IMG/VR virus record: IMGVR_UViG_3300011115_000874
Coordinates: 1-64,000 of that record
Origin: a virus
Length of the DNA: 64,000 nt
Strand: one strand, 5' to 3'
Part shown: positions 1-9,991 of the stretch, piece after piece
Position numbering within the stretch: the first letter of the stretch is position 1
Layout: each line of letters begins with the position of its first letter
Position numbers and translations under genes: made by a program
The notes under the pieces: generated by a model
Told to the model about the DNA's origin: nothing
The model's database searches: none
Seen by the model: only the letters and a program-made list of their open reading frames with translations

Positions 1-580
1 TAAATGCAAATCTTACTTCAGCTGGGTTTTTAGAGTCGTATCCTTCTTCACGGGCAATATGATAAGCAGTATAAGGTATAACATTATATACACCAAATTT
101 TTCCGCTATTTCTAATTTTAAGAAAAAATCACCATACTTACACATTTGACGAATCCAAGACCATAAGTTAAACTCAATGTTCAACACATCATAGAATAAG
201 TTGTATAGTATTTTTTGTATGTCTTCGTCGCTACTCTTAATTTGAAGTACTTCACCCATATCATTCTTGAGAGTACATTCGTCTGCGATTATATCCAAAG
301 CAGACGCGATAATAGCGTCAGTATCCATAGCATCATAATCAGAATAGATTTGGGTGCGTAAATATCTCCAGTTAAGATTTAATTGAGCACCATAAAGTGA
401 TGTACTATTGTTAGAGTAAATACGACTATAACGGTCTATTAATGAGTTAGTTTGATATTCCCCAGTAGATTGAATACTGTTAACATCCATTACTTTAAGT
501 TCGTTACCTCCAGCATTTCTGATAATAACATCAGTAGAGAATAATCGTCTTAGTCGTGTAAATACACTTGTATCTGCCAT
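1..580 (-). CDS. Portal protein, T4 gp20-like (5' part; runs off the window)
   Basis: Manually translated from ATG at 580: MADTSVFTRLRRLFSTDVIIRN...YSDYDAMDTDAIIASALDIIADECT...WIRQMCKYGDFFLKLE, resembling the gp20 N-terminus; directly downstream of the terminase. Confidence 0.85.
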   Translation of the reverse strand, partial: MADTSVFTRLRRLFSTDVIIRNAGGNELKVMDVNSIQSTGEYQTNSLIDRYSRIYSNNSTSLYGAQLNLNWRYLRTQIYSDYDAMDTDAIIASALDIIADECTLKNDMGEVLQIKSSDEDIQKILYNLFYDVLNIEFNLWSWIRQMCKYGDFFLKLEIAEKFGVYNVIPYTAYHIAREEGYDSKNPAEVRFAF

Positions 581-606
581 TTTATATTAAATTATGTATA
601 TAAATA

Positions 607-2178
607 TTATAATAACCAGCTAATGTCCTCAGGCCCATTTCCAAAATCCATATTATATGGGTTGCTATTGAATTTATTTCCATAGATACCTTGTTGAGCT
701 GATTTAACTACAGTAATATTATTAAGCATTGCTCGAGTTAAATCCATTCCTTGTGTTTTAAATTTAAGAGCTGTGTCTCTTATATACATTGCTGTTCCAA
801 AACTTATAACTAAATCGTCATTATATCCTGATTGTGCTTCTGGTCGTCCATTTCTCCAAATAAACACTTTCATTTCTTCTAACAATCGTTTAGATTGTAT
901 AATAACACTTTTATCCCCAATATACTCTCTAAATTTACTAATCACAAGTGGTCTTGTTTTTAAAGACATTGTAAATCCAGGTGTCATTTTTGATGGGTCA
1001 TCAAATTTGTCTAAATAAGAATCAGCATTTGTTGTATCACTTTTTGGAGAATGATATAAATTTCTATATCCTCTTTCTTGAACTGCCTCAATTGTTGACC
1101 ATCCTATATTAGCATTTTCAATAACTAATAACGCTTCATTATATTCTGTAGCTATTGCTACTAGTAAATAGCCAAATTCTCTAGGTGATAATTGTCCTTT
1201 ATATTCACCTACTTGAGTATTTGTCTCAACATCTATAATATGAAATGCAGAAAAATCTTTACCATCTCCTCGAGCAACGTCAGCTACAACTATATAGCTG
1301 CGACTATAATCTGCTGGTTCCCATATCCATAAGTTATGATCGACTCCGCGCCTTTCCAAGGGATCCTTAATATATGTTTGAGCAATAAAGTCTATATACT
1401 CAGGATAGAATACTACATCACCAGATGTACTAAAATCACAGTCACATTCTTGTGCTGCCATTCTAGGATCACCTAATAATTCGTCTTGTCGTTTCCTCCA
1501 AGCCTCATCTCGCTCAGGATGAACATACCATGGTAATTTAATAGGTAAAAATTGGTTTTCACCTGCTTCTGCTTTAACCCATGTCTGATGGAACCAGTTA
1601 CCAGTACCATATGGGGTAGACAATACAATTGCTCCTCCTCCAGTGGCTAAGGTTTGTTGAGCGGATGCCCATATCTCACCAATACCATCAATGAATGCAG
1701 CCTCATCTATAATCAACAAAGAAACAGCTTCGGATCGACCTGCGTCACCAGCTGCTGATACTGCTTTGACTTGGGAGCCATTACTTAGTCGTAATGTTAG
1801 TTTATTATTTTCCTCTGCTGTTATTTTTAACCAAGAAGGTAGATTTTCAAACATGAACTTAACTTTCGTCACCATGTTTTTGGCTGTTTCTTGTTTAGTT
1901 GCTATACATAAGACATTTTTGTCTTGTTGAAATAGCATTAACCACAAGGAGTAACCTGCTACTAGAGTAGATATACCTAACTGTCTTGATTTAAGTATTA
2001 TATCATATGGATTGTCTTTCCATAAATTAAGTACTTTATCTTGGAAGGGATATAGGTTAAACATGATCCTACCACGTTGTGGATGTTGGATATAGCAGTA
2101 TTTACGCATAAAGTGCGCCGGATTAGAGGCGCACTTCAGGTATTCTTCACGAATTATTTGTTTTATATCTTGACTCAT
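607..2178 (-). CDS. terL: Terminase large subunit (T4 gp17-like)
   Basis: LKSRQLGIST Walker A, LLIIDEAAF Walker B, STPYG motif III, nuclease ADVARGDGKDFS and C-terminal NDDLV. Confidence 0.95.
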   Translation of the reverse strand: MSQDIKQIIREEYLKCASNPAHFMRKYCYIQHPQRGRIMFNLYPFQDKVLNLWKDNPYDIILKSRQLGISTLVAGYSLWLMLFQQDKNVLCIATKQETAKNMVTKVKFMFENLPSWLKITAEENNKLTLRLSNGSQVKAVSAAGDAGRSEAVSLLIIDEAAFIDGIGEIWASAQQTLATGGGAIVLSTPYGTGNWFHQTWVKAEAGENQFLPIKLPWYVHPERDEAWRKRQDELLGDPRMAAQECDCDFSTSGDVVFYPEYIDFIAQTYIKDPLERRGVDHNLWIWEPADYSRSYIVVADVARGDGKDFSAFHIIDVETNTQVGEYKGQLSPREFGYLLVAIATEYNEALLVIENANIGWSTIEAVQERGYRNLYHSPKSDTTNADSYLDKFDDPSKMTPGFTMSLKTRPLVISKFREYIGDKSVIIQSKRLLEEMKVFIWRNGRPEAQSGYNDDLVISFGTAMYIRDTALKFKTQGMDLTRAMLNNITVVKSAQQGIYGNKFNSNPYNMDFGNGPEDISWLL

Positions 2179-2202
2179 AAGTAACCCTTATTAAGGGAGG
2201 TA

Positions 2203-2718
2203 TTATCTGATAATGTCAGATATTAAAGCTTTAAGATCTTTACCTCCATCTTTAAACAACTTTTTAATTTCAGGTTTCTTAATAAGTTGTCTAACAATTT
2301 CGATATTATCTTTTGTTGGGTTAGCTAATTTTTTCTTAATACCAGCTTCTAATTTATCTAATCTTTCTTGATCAGCAGGTGGTAATTTTTTAGCTAATTT
2401 AGTTGAACTAAACTCTTTATCTAATTTCTTTAATTCAGATTTTGATGGTTCAGTGTTAGCTATTTTAGCATCTTTCTTATCATCTTCATCTTCCTTACCA
2501 TAAGTATCTTCTACTTCATCATCTTCATCTTTAGCTTCAACAAATGTTACTGGGTCAGTAGTTGTTCCTAATTTAGGATTTTTTGTTGTATTTCTAGCTA
2601 ACGTAATTGCAGTTCGTTGTTGGTCTGGGGTTAAAACTCCAGGTGCGTCTATAGTTGCCTCGTCTAAAATTTCAAAGATGTTTTCTTCAATGTATTTTTT
2701 TAATTCAGATGATTTCAT
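2203..2718 (-). CDS. Acidic hypothetical protein, probable head-internal protein
   Basis: 171 aa; starts MKSSELKKYIEENIFEILDEA; late-type motif upstream. Confidence 0.55.
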   Translation of the reverse strand: MKSSELKKYIEENIFEILDEATIDAPGVLTPDQQRTAITLARNTTKNPKLGTTTDPVTFVEAKDEDDEVEDTYGKEDEDDKKDAKIANTEPSKSELKKLDKEFSSTKLAKKLPPADQERLDKLEAGIKKKLANPTKDNIEIVRQLIKKPEIKKLFKDGGKDLKALISDIIR

Positions 2719-2742
2719 TATGTTTGGTTTTATGTATAAATA

Positions 2743-3273
2743 TCAAAAACCTAGACAAGATTTAACTTGTTTTATTCTTTCCTCAGTAGTACCCGATATA
2801 AATGCTAAACTTTTAATTTTATTTAAATTTTCACTTATAGTACCCTTAATAGTTATGTCAATTAACTTACGATAGTTAGCATCAGTTGTTCTGACTCCAT
2901 TATCTTCTATATCAACTCCAACAGGTGATACATAGAATATATAATCATATTCCCAAATTAATGGAGCGGCATAATCAGTGAATGCTATTTTATCATGAAT
3001 ATTAATTGACTCAGCACATTTAGCAAATGATATTACATCAATAATTGTTCTGTCAGTAATAACATTATCTCGCATTAACTCAGAACAACGTTCAGCTAAG
3101 AATATTGTTTGTCCTTTTAATGTACTATCCGTATTTAATGGAATACCTAAATCACGTAAATACTTACTACGTTCAGTAGCAAAATAATAATCTTTAAATT
3201 CAGGTAATTCCTTTAATGCATTTACTAGTGTAGACTTACCTACACTCATTGTTCCACAAAATCCTATTTTCAT
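2743..3273 (-). CDS. P-loop nucleotide kinase-like ATPase (AAA_28/NadR-like)
   Basis: GTMSVGKST Walker A, ITDRTIID motif. Confidence 0.8.
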   Translation of the reverse strand: MKIGFCGTMSVGKSTLVNALKELPEFKDYYFATERSKYLRDLGIPLNTDSTLKGQTIFLAERCSELMRDNVITDRTIIDVISFAKCAESINIHDKIAFTDYAAPLIWEYDYIFYVSPVGVDIEDNGVRTTDANYRKLIDITIKGTISENLNKIKSLAFISGTTEERIKQVKSCLGF

Positions 3274-3276
3274 ATC

Positions 3277-3534
3277 TTATGATCTAGTTCCTTTTCCTAT
3301 ACTACTTTTAAACCATGGCAAGCCAACACCATCTTTTCTAGCTTTTTTATGACTATCTTTAGTGTGTTGAACACCATTAATATAATACTCTTCTTTACCT
3401 TCAGATGTAATCAATGCTGGTCCTTCCCAGTTATGTAATTTACCATCTTTAATATGACGTACTGTACCATCAGGTGATGTATACTTCTTTGTTTTTAATG
3501 TTTCGTCTATGACTAATGGTTTTACTTCTTTCAT
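3277..3534 (-). CDS. Small protein with LHxxxGPA motif
   Basis: KLHNWEGPALI...EEYYINGV; own host-type promoter. Confidence 0.65.
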   Translation of the reverse strand: MKEVKPLVIDETLKTKKYTSPDGTVRHIKDGKLHNWEGPALITSEGKEEYYINGVQHTKDSHKKARKDGVGLPWFKSSIGKGTRS

Positions 3535-3589
3535 GTTGTTTGTTTATTTATTAAATATAACATCATTACTCCCAGTAGCCAAACAAGTG

Positions 3590-3829
3590 TTATATGTTTT
3601 CTAGGTAATCTAAAAAGTCTTCAAATACTTCACGTTGTTCATGTTCTGACTTTGTTATAGCTTCACGTAATAATGTTGGGACATCTTGGCTAGACTCAAC
3701 TAACAATAACTTAAATGTATTTAATGTTGATTCAGCTATCATTAAATCAGCTTGATTATCACCATAATCTTCTAAGTCGTTTAAATACAATTGAATGTAC
3801 TCGTTTAATTTATTTTTGGAGGGCTTCAT
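3590..3829 (-). CDS. Hypothetical protein
   Basis: 79 aa ORF overlapping the upstream gene end. Confidence 0.55.
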   Translation of the reverse strand: MKPSKNKLNEYIQLYLNDLEDYGDNQADLMIAESTLNTFKLLLVESSQDVPTLLREAITKSEHEQREVFEDFLDYLENI

Positions 3830-4292
3830 ATATAAGATTTTTTAAACGTTTAAATGCTTCAGTTAATTTTTGTACTTGTGAATTTAACCACTTTAAACGC
3901 TCTCCGAAACGTTTTCCTTTCATAGGATTTTCTATATTACTATCTGGGATGTATTGGTCAAATGGTTTCATGTATTCACTTCCTGTTAAGAATACAAATT
4001 GATCTTTTTCAGGGTTAATACCTGCTGATCTCATTTGTTTAATTGTTTCTTCACCCCATTTATCTTTTTCATCTTTAGGCATTTCCTTAAGAGTTTTATC
4101 ATATGGTTCTAATGTTTTAGTTAAAGGAACTAGATGATGTTTAGCAGATAAAATGAACATCTTATCTGGTTTGAGGGACTTACCATATTCTAATGTCTTT
4201 TGGAACATTGGAGAAGCAGAATACAGCTCCTGTGCTGGAGCTGCGTGTTTAGTCTTTGATTTGGTACAACTTAAAAGTACTACTTTAGCCAT
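3810..4292 (-). CDS. DUF6884-like protein
   Basis: LLSCTKSK...AQELYS...FILSAKHHLV...EPYDKTL pattern. Confidence 0.7.
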   Translation of the reverse strand: MAKVVLLSCTKSKTKHAAPAQELYSASPMFQKTLEYGKSLKPDKMFILSAKHHLVPLTKTLEPYDKTLKEMPKDEKDKWGEETIKQMRSAGINPEKDQFVFLTGSEYMKPFDQYIPDSNIENPMKGKRFGERLKWLNSQVQKLTEAFKRLKNLIYEALQK

Positions 4293-4314
4293 TAATATTG
4301 TTTATATATAAATA

Positions 4315-5415
4315 TTAAACAAGTACTATCTCTTTAATTACTTCTTTTTTAGCCATATAATTTAAATGATAAACTAAACAAGGTAGTTGTTGTGAGAGTA
4401 ACTCAGGACATACTTTAGTGAAGTGATTTAATAATGCTTCAAATGGTATATAAGAATTTCTACCAAAATAAAGACCATATTTTTTAGCCTGTATTGCTTT
4501 TTTAACTAAATTATAGTTTTTATTAGCACTAACTTTATGTAAGTCACCAAACATATTATATAAAGCTATAATATAGGCTTTTGATGCTTCAAACTCACAG
4601 TTAGCTATAATTTCTTTCGCTACCTCCCAGTTTTCTATATCAGTACTTCTTAACATTCCATATAAGTTTTGAAATATTTCAAAGTCAATAATTAATCCTT
4701 TATTAATATCCTCATTTACACTTGAGTCAAATACAACTTTTAAGTTATGTTTTTTAATATTGTCTAATAAATTAATATAAAATCCAAGTCCATCAAATGC
4801 TTTTTTAGAACCATGTGATCCTTCTAATATAATTCCTCTAACTATTGTAGATTTGTTTATGACATTTTTAAAATAAGGAATGTGAGTACATATACTATTA
4901 TACTCATCTATTGATACACAATAATGAGTAATTTTTTTCTTTCCTTTTTCAGTAATTGAATTCCAACGATTATTATGAGGATTAATATACTTTTTAAATC
5001 CACTATCTTTAGTTATAATATCTACTGGGAATATTAAATAGTCAGTTGTATAATTAATTTCATGATTTTTTGTATTCACATTCCATATTGAAATATTAAA
5101 ATAATGTCTTTCAATAAAATCTTTATTAAGTACTAATGTATCTAACTTATCAAGCTTACGAGCAGTAGTAATTTTTAGTTTATTTTCTTGAATGTAATTC
5201 TTTAATTTATAAGCTGGTAATTCAGATAATGGGGTAATATATGTTGTACTATTGTCTGTTAGTTTATTATCTTTTGATTCATCAAATAATTTTTTTATTC
5301 TAAGTTGATAGTCTTCAGGTATAATTCCTCCAACCATATTATAACTTGTATTAAACATTCTATTTCCTCTACCATCATGGCTGAGTGTTAAGCGGAATAT
5401 TGTTGCGTCTTTCAT
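4315..5415 (-). CDS. Hypothetical protein co-transcribed with the AAA ATPase
   Basis: 366 aa ORF starting 2 nt after the ATPase stop. Confidence 0.6.
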   Translation of the reverse strand: MKDATIFRLTLSHDGRGNRMFNTSYNMVGGIIPEDYQLRIKKLFDESKDNKLTDNSTTYITPLSELPAYKLKNYIQENKLKITTARKLDKLDTLVLNKDFIERHYFNISIWNVNTKNHEINYTTDYLIFPVDIITKDSGFKKYINPHNNRWNSITEKGKKKITHYCVSIDEYNSICTHIPYFKNVINKSTIVRGIILEGSHGSKKAFDGLGFYINLLDNIKKHNLKVVFDSSVNEDINKGLIIDFEIFQNLYGMLRSTDIENWEVAKEIIANCEFEASKAYIIALYNMFGDLHKVSANKNYNLVKKAIQAKKYGLYFGRNSYIPFEALLNHFTKVCPELLSQQLPCLVYHLNYMAKKEVIKEIVLV

Positions 5416-5417
5416 AA

Positions 5418-6611
5418 TTACTTAGTTAAGAATTTAATTAAAGTTTTATTTAACATTAATGACTTGTAAGCTGATGTGTTATTGTTATAAATGTTTTTAA
5501 CCATTTTGTATTTTAAGTCAACAGCAAATACATCTTCATTCATTAAAAATGCTAAACGATCAATATATGCTTTTTCAACTTTATTATTTTTAGCATAAAA
5601 TGAGCTAAAGTTAGTAATACGAGTTGTTAAAATTGATGCTAAATCTGCTCTATATTTATCGTCCTTACCAATAACACCTTTTAAAGTATTCAAAACATAC
5701 TCTTCACTTTCATGAGTCATAATAGTTTCTGGTGATATAATCTTATCTAGTTTATTGTTAATAAACATTGTGAACATAGTTGTAAATTCAGGTCCAACAC
5801 TACCTTCACCTACCATTTGAATCAAACCTAATTCATTATCAAACGAATTTATTGATGAAATTGAATTAAAGAATGTTGTAATACTTCTTGAGTTAGTATT
5901 TGTTGATACTAATTCTGGGTGTTTTAGTAAGAAGTTAATACATCTATTATCTATTGTAGCATCTTCAGCCCACTCACTCCAACAATTAATATCAAATTTT
6001 AAATTAACTGAGATGAATCGTGTTTTTTGAGCGCTATCTATACTATTAACTAAATAATCTCCGTTATCAGGATTACTTGTTAATATAATATGCCAGTCTT
6101 TAGGTAACTCCCAGCTAATATATTGCTGTCTATCAATTAACTCCATAACAGCTTGAATGAACCTCACATCAGCACGATTCCAGTCATCTAATAATAAAAT
6201 ACCTCCATTAGTTTTACCACTAATCCATTCAGGTGGACAGTAACTCATACGATTTAGACCTGTAAATTTGTATCCTTGTTTAGTATACTCTTCTACTGCG
6301 TGTTCATCAATCCATAAACAGTCATTATCAGTTTTACATACTTCAAATTGACGAATTGGAAAACCTACTAAGTCACCTAGTTCCTCAATTTGAGCTAAAT
6401 TCAGCTTAACAAAGTTTAAATTTGTTTCTTTAGCTAACTGTAAGATAGTTGATGTTTTACCAATACCTGAGTCACCAACTACTTCAACGGCTACTGGTGG
6501 TTTGCCTTGTGCTTGTAAATAACGATTGTTATTTATGATGTGTTTTAAGAATTGTTTAGCCTCTTTAATGTTTAGAGACACTTCAGCGTGTTTTGTTTTT
6601 TGTTTTGCCAT
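5418..6611 (-). CDS. MoxR-like AAA+ ATPase
   Basis: GDSGIGKT Walker A, LLLDDWNRAD Walker B, TSNP sensor, SAQKTRF arginine finger. Confidence 0.85.
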   Translation of the reverse strand: MAKQKTKHAEVSLNIKEAKQFLKHIINNNRYLQAQGKPPVAVEVVGDSGIGKTSTILQLAKETNLNFVKLNLAQIEELGDLVGFPIRQFEVCKTDNDCLWIDEHAVEEYTKQGYKFTGLNRMSYCPPEWISGKTNGGILLLDDWNRADVRFIQAVMELIDRQQYISWELPKDWHIILTSNPDNGDYLVNSIDSAQKTRFISVNLKFDINCWSEWAEDATIDNRCINFLLKHPELVSTNTNSRSITTFFNSISSINSFDNELGLIQMVGEGSVGPEFTTMFTMFINNKLDKIISPETIMTHESEEYVLNTLKGVIGKDDKYRADLASILTTRITNFSSFYAKNNKVEKAYIDRLAFLMNEDVFAVDLKYKMVKNIYNNNTSAYKSLMLNKTLIKFLTK

Positions 6612-6649
6612 AACCTTTATTTATTTGTTTTTAATATAATATTTGTATT

Positions 6650-7849
6650 TTAAGAAGCCAAACTTATCTTGATTGTGTGGCCCCATCCGTTTTCTTTTAC
6701 TGTTTCTATACTATCACCATTTGAACAGATAACCATCATCATTGGTTTAAACGTCTTAACTTCATTTTCACCTATATAGCCATCAGTTAATATGATTAGG
6801 CTATTAAACTCCCTATGCTCATTAAAATATTCAATGAACGGGTTCATATTAGTACCACCTCTACCTGTTATTTTATCAGGTATGTTACCTTTATATTCAT
6901 ATACATTATGAATGTCAGCATCTCCCTCAGCTATAGTAATTGATACACCAGTTTTATGCATATGATTGATTTCATTAAAGAACTCAATTAAATCTTTTTC
7001 GCCTACTGAGCCGGATGTGTCAACTCCTACTAATATTTTCTTTTTAGTTTTGATTTTTAATGCTGGGTTTTCTTGGAAACGTTTATTTAGTTTACGTCTT
7101 GTTTTTTTAGTGTATGTTTTATTAGAAGTACCCATAAATCGTCTAAAATATGTTCTCCAATCATATGAAGCTTCTGTTTCCTCAAACATCCCATCAATCC
7201 AACTCTGTAATTCTGAAGGTACAAATCCTCTACCTTGGCTTTGTGAATTAACAATGTCTTTAATTTGATGTTCAATTTGTGCTTTAGCTAATTTAGCGTC
7301 AGCTTCACTCATTCCATCAAATTCTTTCCATGTTGGGTGTAAACCTCCACCACATTCTTCATTCCCACATAAACCATCCATTAATTTTTGCAATGATGGA
7401 CTTGTACCTGCGTCTAAAGCTTGTTGTAATAAACCATAATACACCTTGGTACCAGCTTTCTCAGGTAAATTTAATTCTGGGAATGAAGTTAATAATATAA
7501 TGTCGTCAGATGGGTAATACTCTGGTGTTAGGTATTGGTTAATCTCCAAATCGGCAGCTATATTATGTAATTCTTGATTTGGGAAGCCTTCTCTATCTTC
7601 TAAGTGGTTAAAACATATGTGAAGTAGTTCATGTTTCAATAAACCTATCTTCTTTTTGTCATTATCTAATGAGTTCCAAAATTCCTCATTAACAGCTAAT
7701 TGATAATTAATGTTTTGTTTGCAAACCCCTGCAGTAGGTAAATCCTTTCTTACAACTTTATTAAGAGTTGATAGGAATATACCATAGAATGGTTCACTAA
7801 ACATTAATTGCTTGCCTATTCTTGATAGGTCTTCATGTAAATTTTGCAT
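6650..7849 (-). CDS. Metallopeptidase plus VWA domain protein (DUF2201-like)
   Basis: HELLH (HExxH), NIAADLEIN, VDTSGS MIDAS, GRGGT, LTDGY. Confidence 0.85.
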   Translation of the reverse strand: MQNLHEDLSRIGKQLMFSEPFYGIFLSTLNKVVRKDLPTAGVCKQNINYQLAVNEEFWNSLDNDKKKIGLLKHELLHICFNHLEDREGFPNQELHNIAADLEINQYLTPEYYPSDDIILLTSFPELNLPEKAGTKVYYGLLQQALDAGTSPSLQKLMDGLCGNEECGGGLHPTWKEFDGMSEADAKLAKAQIEHQIKDIVNSQSQGRGFVPSELQSWIDGMFEETEASYDWRTYFRRFMGTSNKTYTKKTRRKLNKRFQENPALKIKTKKKILVGVDTSGSVGEKDLIEFFNEINHMHKTGVSITIAEGDADIHNVYEYKGNIPDKITGRGGTNMNPFIEYFNEHREFNSLIILTDGYIGENEVKTFKPMMMVICSNGDSIETVKENGWGHTIKISLAS

Positions 7850-7930
7850 AAGTATTTATAATTATAGCTAAATATAACAAAAGGGTTCAGCAAAGCCAAA
7901 CCCTTCATGTCAAACGTTATGTATAGTTGG

Positions 7931-8539
7931 TTATATATATTTCCATTTATAACCATAAGCCGTTTTTTGCCTACCAGCAGCACAATCTGCTATGCTATTT
8001 CCACTTTTATTTAAGGCTTTTCCAGCTTCAGCAGCACTATTATATTGATTTATTAAATTATCATTAATATCATATTGGTATATAACTTTTTTATTAGGAT
8101 TAGGATAATTTTTAGGTATTCCTCTAAGAGCATCTCCTATTTTATCAGCCCAGAATATGGTTCGACCCTTATTAGCTTTACTTATTTTATCACACCATTC
8201 TTGTGTTTTAGGTCTTTTAGTGCCCATTTGTCCTTTACTTTGCCTAGCCTTTACTTCATCAGTATAAGACCATTTGGTTCCTCCAGAGGAATATAATGTT
8301 TGGTTAACTAATTCTATCCCAAGGAGTCTATAGTTGTTTATTAGTTCGTGTTCATATTTTATAGCTTGGTCTTCATTTTCAAAGTATTTAATAATTTCAA
8401 CTTTAAATCCTACTTTGTTAACTATTTTATTCCATCCTTTATTATTTCTCTTAGTACGAAAAGCCCTATCTTTACATCCTTTTCCTATATAAAATGGAAT
8501 ATTATTATCTAATCTTAAATGTTGGTATACGTAAAACAT
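7931..8539 (-). CDS. GIY-YIG homing endonuclease with NUMOD-like DNA-binding repeats
   Basis: FYVYQH...FYIGKG...RA; KISKANKG repeat; C-terminal IYQYD...YNSAAEAGKAL...TAYGYKW. Confidence 0.85.
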   Translation of the reverse strand: MFYVYQHLRLDNNIPFYIGKGCKDRAFRTKRNNKGWNKIVNKVGFKVEIIKYFENEDQAIKYEHELINNYRLLGIELVNQTLYSSGGTKWSYTDEVKARQSKGQMGTKRPKTQEWCDKISKANKGRTIFWADKIGDALRGIPKNYPNPNKKVIYQYDINDNLINQYNSAAEAGKALNKSGNSIADCAAGRQKTAYGYKWKYI

Positions 8540-8584
8540 AATGTATTTGATTATCGGATATAAATATTACCCGAAATTAAATAC

Positions 8585-9874
8585 TTACATTTTTCTTAAA
8601 ATGCCTTCAACAATATAAATACCTTGACTACCTGCTACTGTTATTCCTCTTGCAGATAGAGCGTCTCCAGCAAAATAAACATTATTATAAGTTGTGAGGC
8701 TTAAATCATTGTAGTTAACTAGAGGCTCTGCGGAGACATACTTTACTTCAGGAATATACATTCCCCAATCATTCTTAAACTCAAATACTTTATTCATTTG
8801 GTCAATAAAGTTAATAATGTAGTCAGCGTATTCACCCATTACTTCTTTAAATTGGTTTAAATTAAAAATTTGAACTGCGTTAACATTTTCGCCTTCAGAT
8901 GTTTGTGATGGTGTACGAGATGGACTATAGTATAATCCAATATTCCTAAATTGTAATTTACTTACTACTTCTCTTGACCATTCAAATGGATTTTCAATAC
9001 CTTTAATTTCCATTAAGATACCAAAGTTAGTCATATCATTTCTAAATTCTTCACCTTTTTTAGCATGACCATTATAGCTAATATCACCATATGTTTCTTC
9101 TACTGCTACATAAGCTGCGTTATTGTTTGTGCAGAATGAGCGTAATGATACATTATTGAATTTTTGGTATAGTTTAAAATCATAGCTAATATCAATTAGT
9201 TTTTGGAAGTATTTTTGTGGTGCTTCAAATCTAACTCCAATTTGTACTGATTTTGGTTCTGTAGGTAAATTATATTCGTCTGCTAATTGTTTACCAAAAT
9301 CAATGCCTGATTTGCCTACTGCAAATATTAGTTCATCATATGATATTACTTTTAAACTATCCTTAATATCAATATATTCAGCTTTAAAATCAATCGCTGA
9401 TACTTCAGTATTCCATTTAAACTTAACACCTTTATCAACTAAGTATGAGTACCATGTTTTAGCAATTTCATGTAGATAATTTGAACCAATATGCCATACT
9501 GGGAATAAACGTAATCCAAAGTATGGTTTAATAAAATCAGGTTCCGCTTGTGGATCAGAGCAAAATATTTCTTCTGGTTTAGGGTGGAAACGTCTAAAAT
9601 TACTAATAACTTGGTCCATCAATTCCATTGCTTTGTCTTCACCACAATACTTAGATAATACACCTCCGATTGCTGTGTGATATGTTAATTTACCATCACT
9701 CCATCCACCAGCACCTAACATACCAGTCATTACCTCTTCAGGTAAACGATTATGGGGGTCATTTCCTTTGTCTATAATGGTGATTAAGTCACCTGGGTAG
9801 CCGTTATCGACTAACTTGGTAGCTGCGTTTATACCCGCTACTCCCGCACCTATAATTACTATTTTCTTGTTCAT
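8585..9874 (-). CDS. FAD-dependent oxidoreductase
   Basis: IIGAGVAG dinucleotide motif, GAGGWSDGKL, SFCTN, YFAGD. Confidence 0.85.
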   Translation of the reverse strand: MNKKIVIIGAGVAGINAATKLVDNGYPGDLITIIDKGNDPHNRLPEEVMTGMLGAGGWSDGKLTYHTAIGGVLSKYCGEDKAMELMDQVISNFRRFHPKPEEIFCSDPQAEPDFIKPYFGLRLFPVWHIGSNYLHEIAKTWYSYLVDKGVKFKWNTEVSAIDFKAEYIDIKDSLKVISYDELIFAVGKSGIDFGKQLADEYNLPTEPKSVQIGVRFEAPQKYFQKLIDISYDFKLYQKFNNVSLRSFCTNNNAAYVAVEETYGDISYNGHAKKGEEFRNDMTNFGILMEIKGIENPFEWSREVVSKLQFRNIGLYYSPSRTPSQTSEGENVNAVQIFNLNQFKEVMGEYADYIINFIDQMNKVFEFKNDWGMYIPEVKYVSAEPLVNYNDLSLTTYNNVYFAGDALSARGITVAGSQGIYIVEGILRKM

Positions 9875-9916
9875 ATAATATTAATATAATAAATTTATTT
9901 TAAAAGCCAAACTAAG

Positions 9917-9941
9917 GTGGCCCACCTTTTGGGTGGGCCAC
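9917..9941 (-). terminator. GC-rich hairpin, likely terminator
   Basis: GTGGCCCACC-TTTTG-GGTGGGCCAC, extended by TAAGG/CCTTA; second hairpin GACTG..CAGTC at 9967-9985. Confidence 0.7.
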
Positions 9942-9991
9942 AGCTCCTTAGTAGTTTTATTAAATCGACTGGCTATGAATCAGTCTATATG

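Noticed and set aside
607-2178. Intron or intein in terminase, portal or primase
   Set aside because: Lengths and motif spacing are normal, with no intein termini or frame breaks seen
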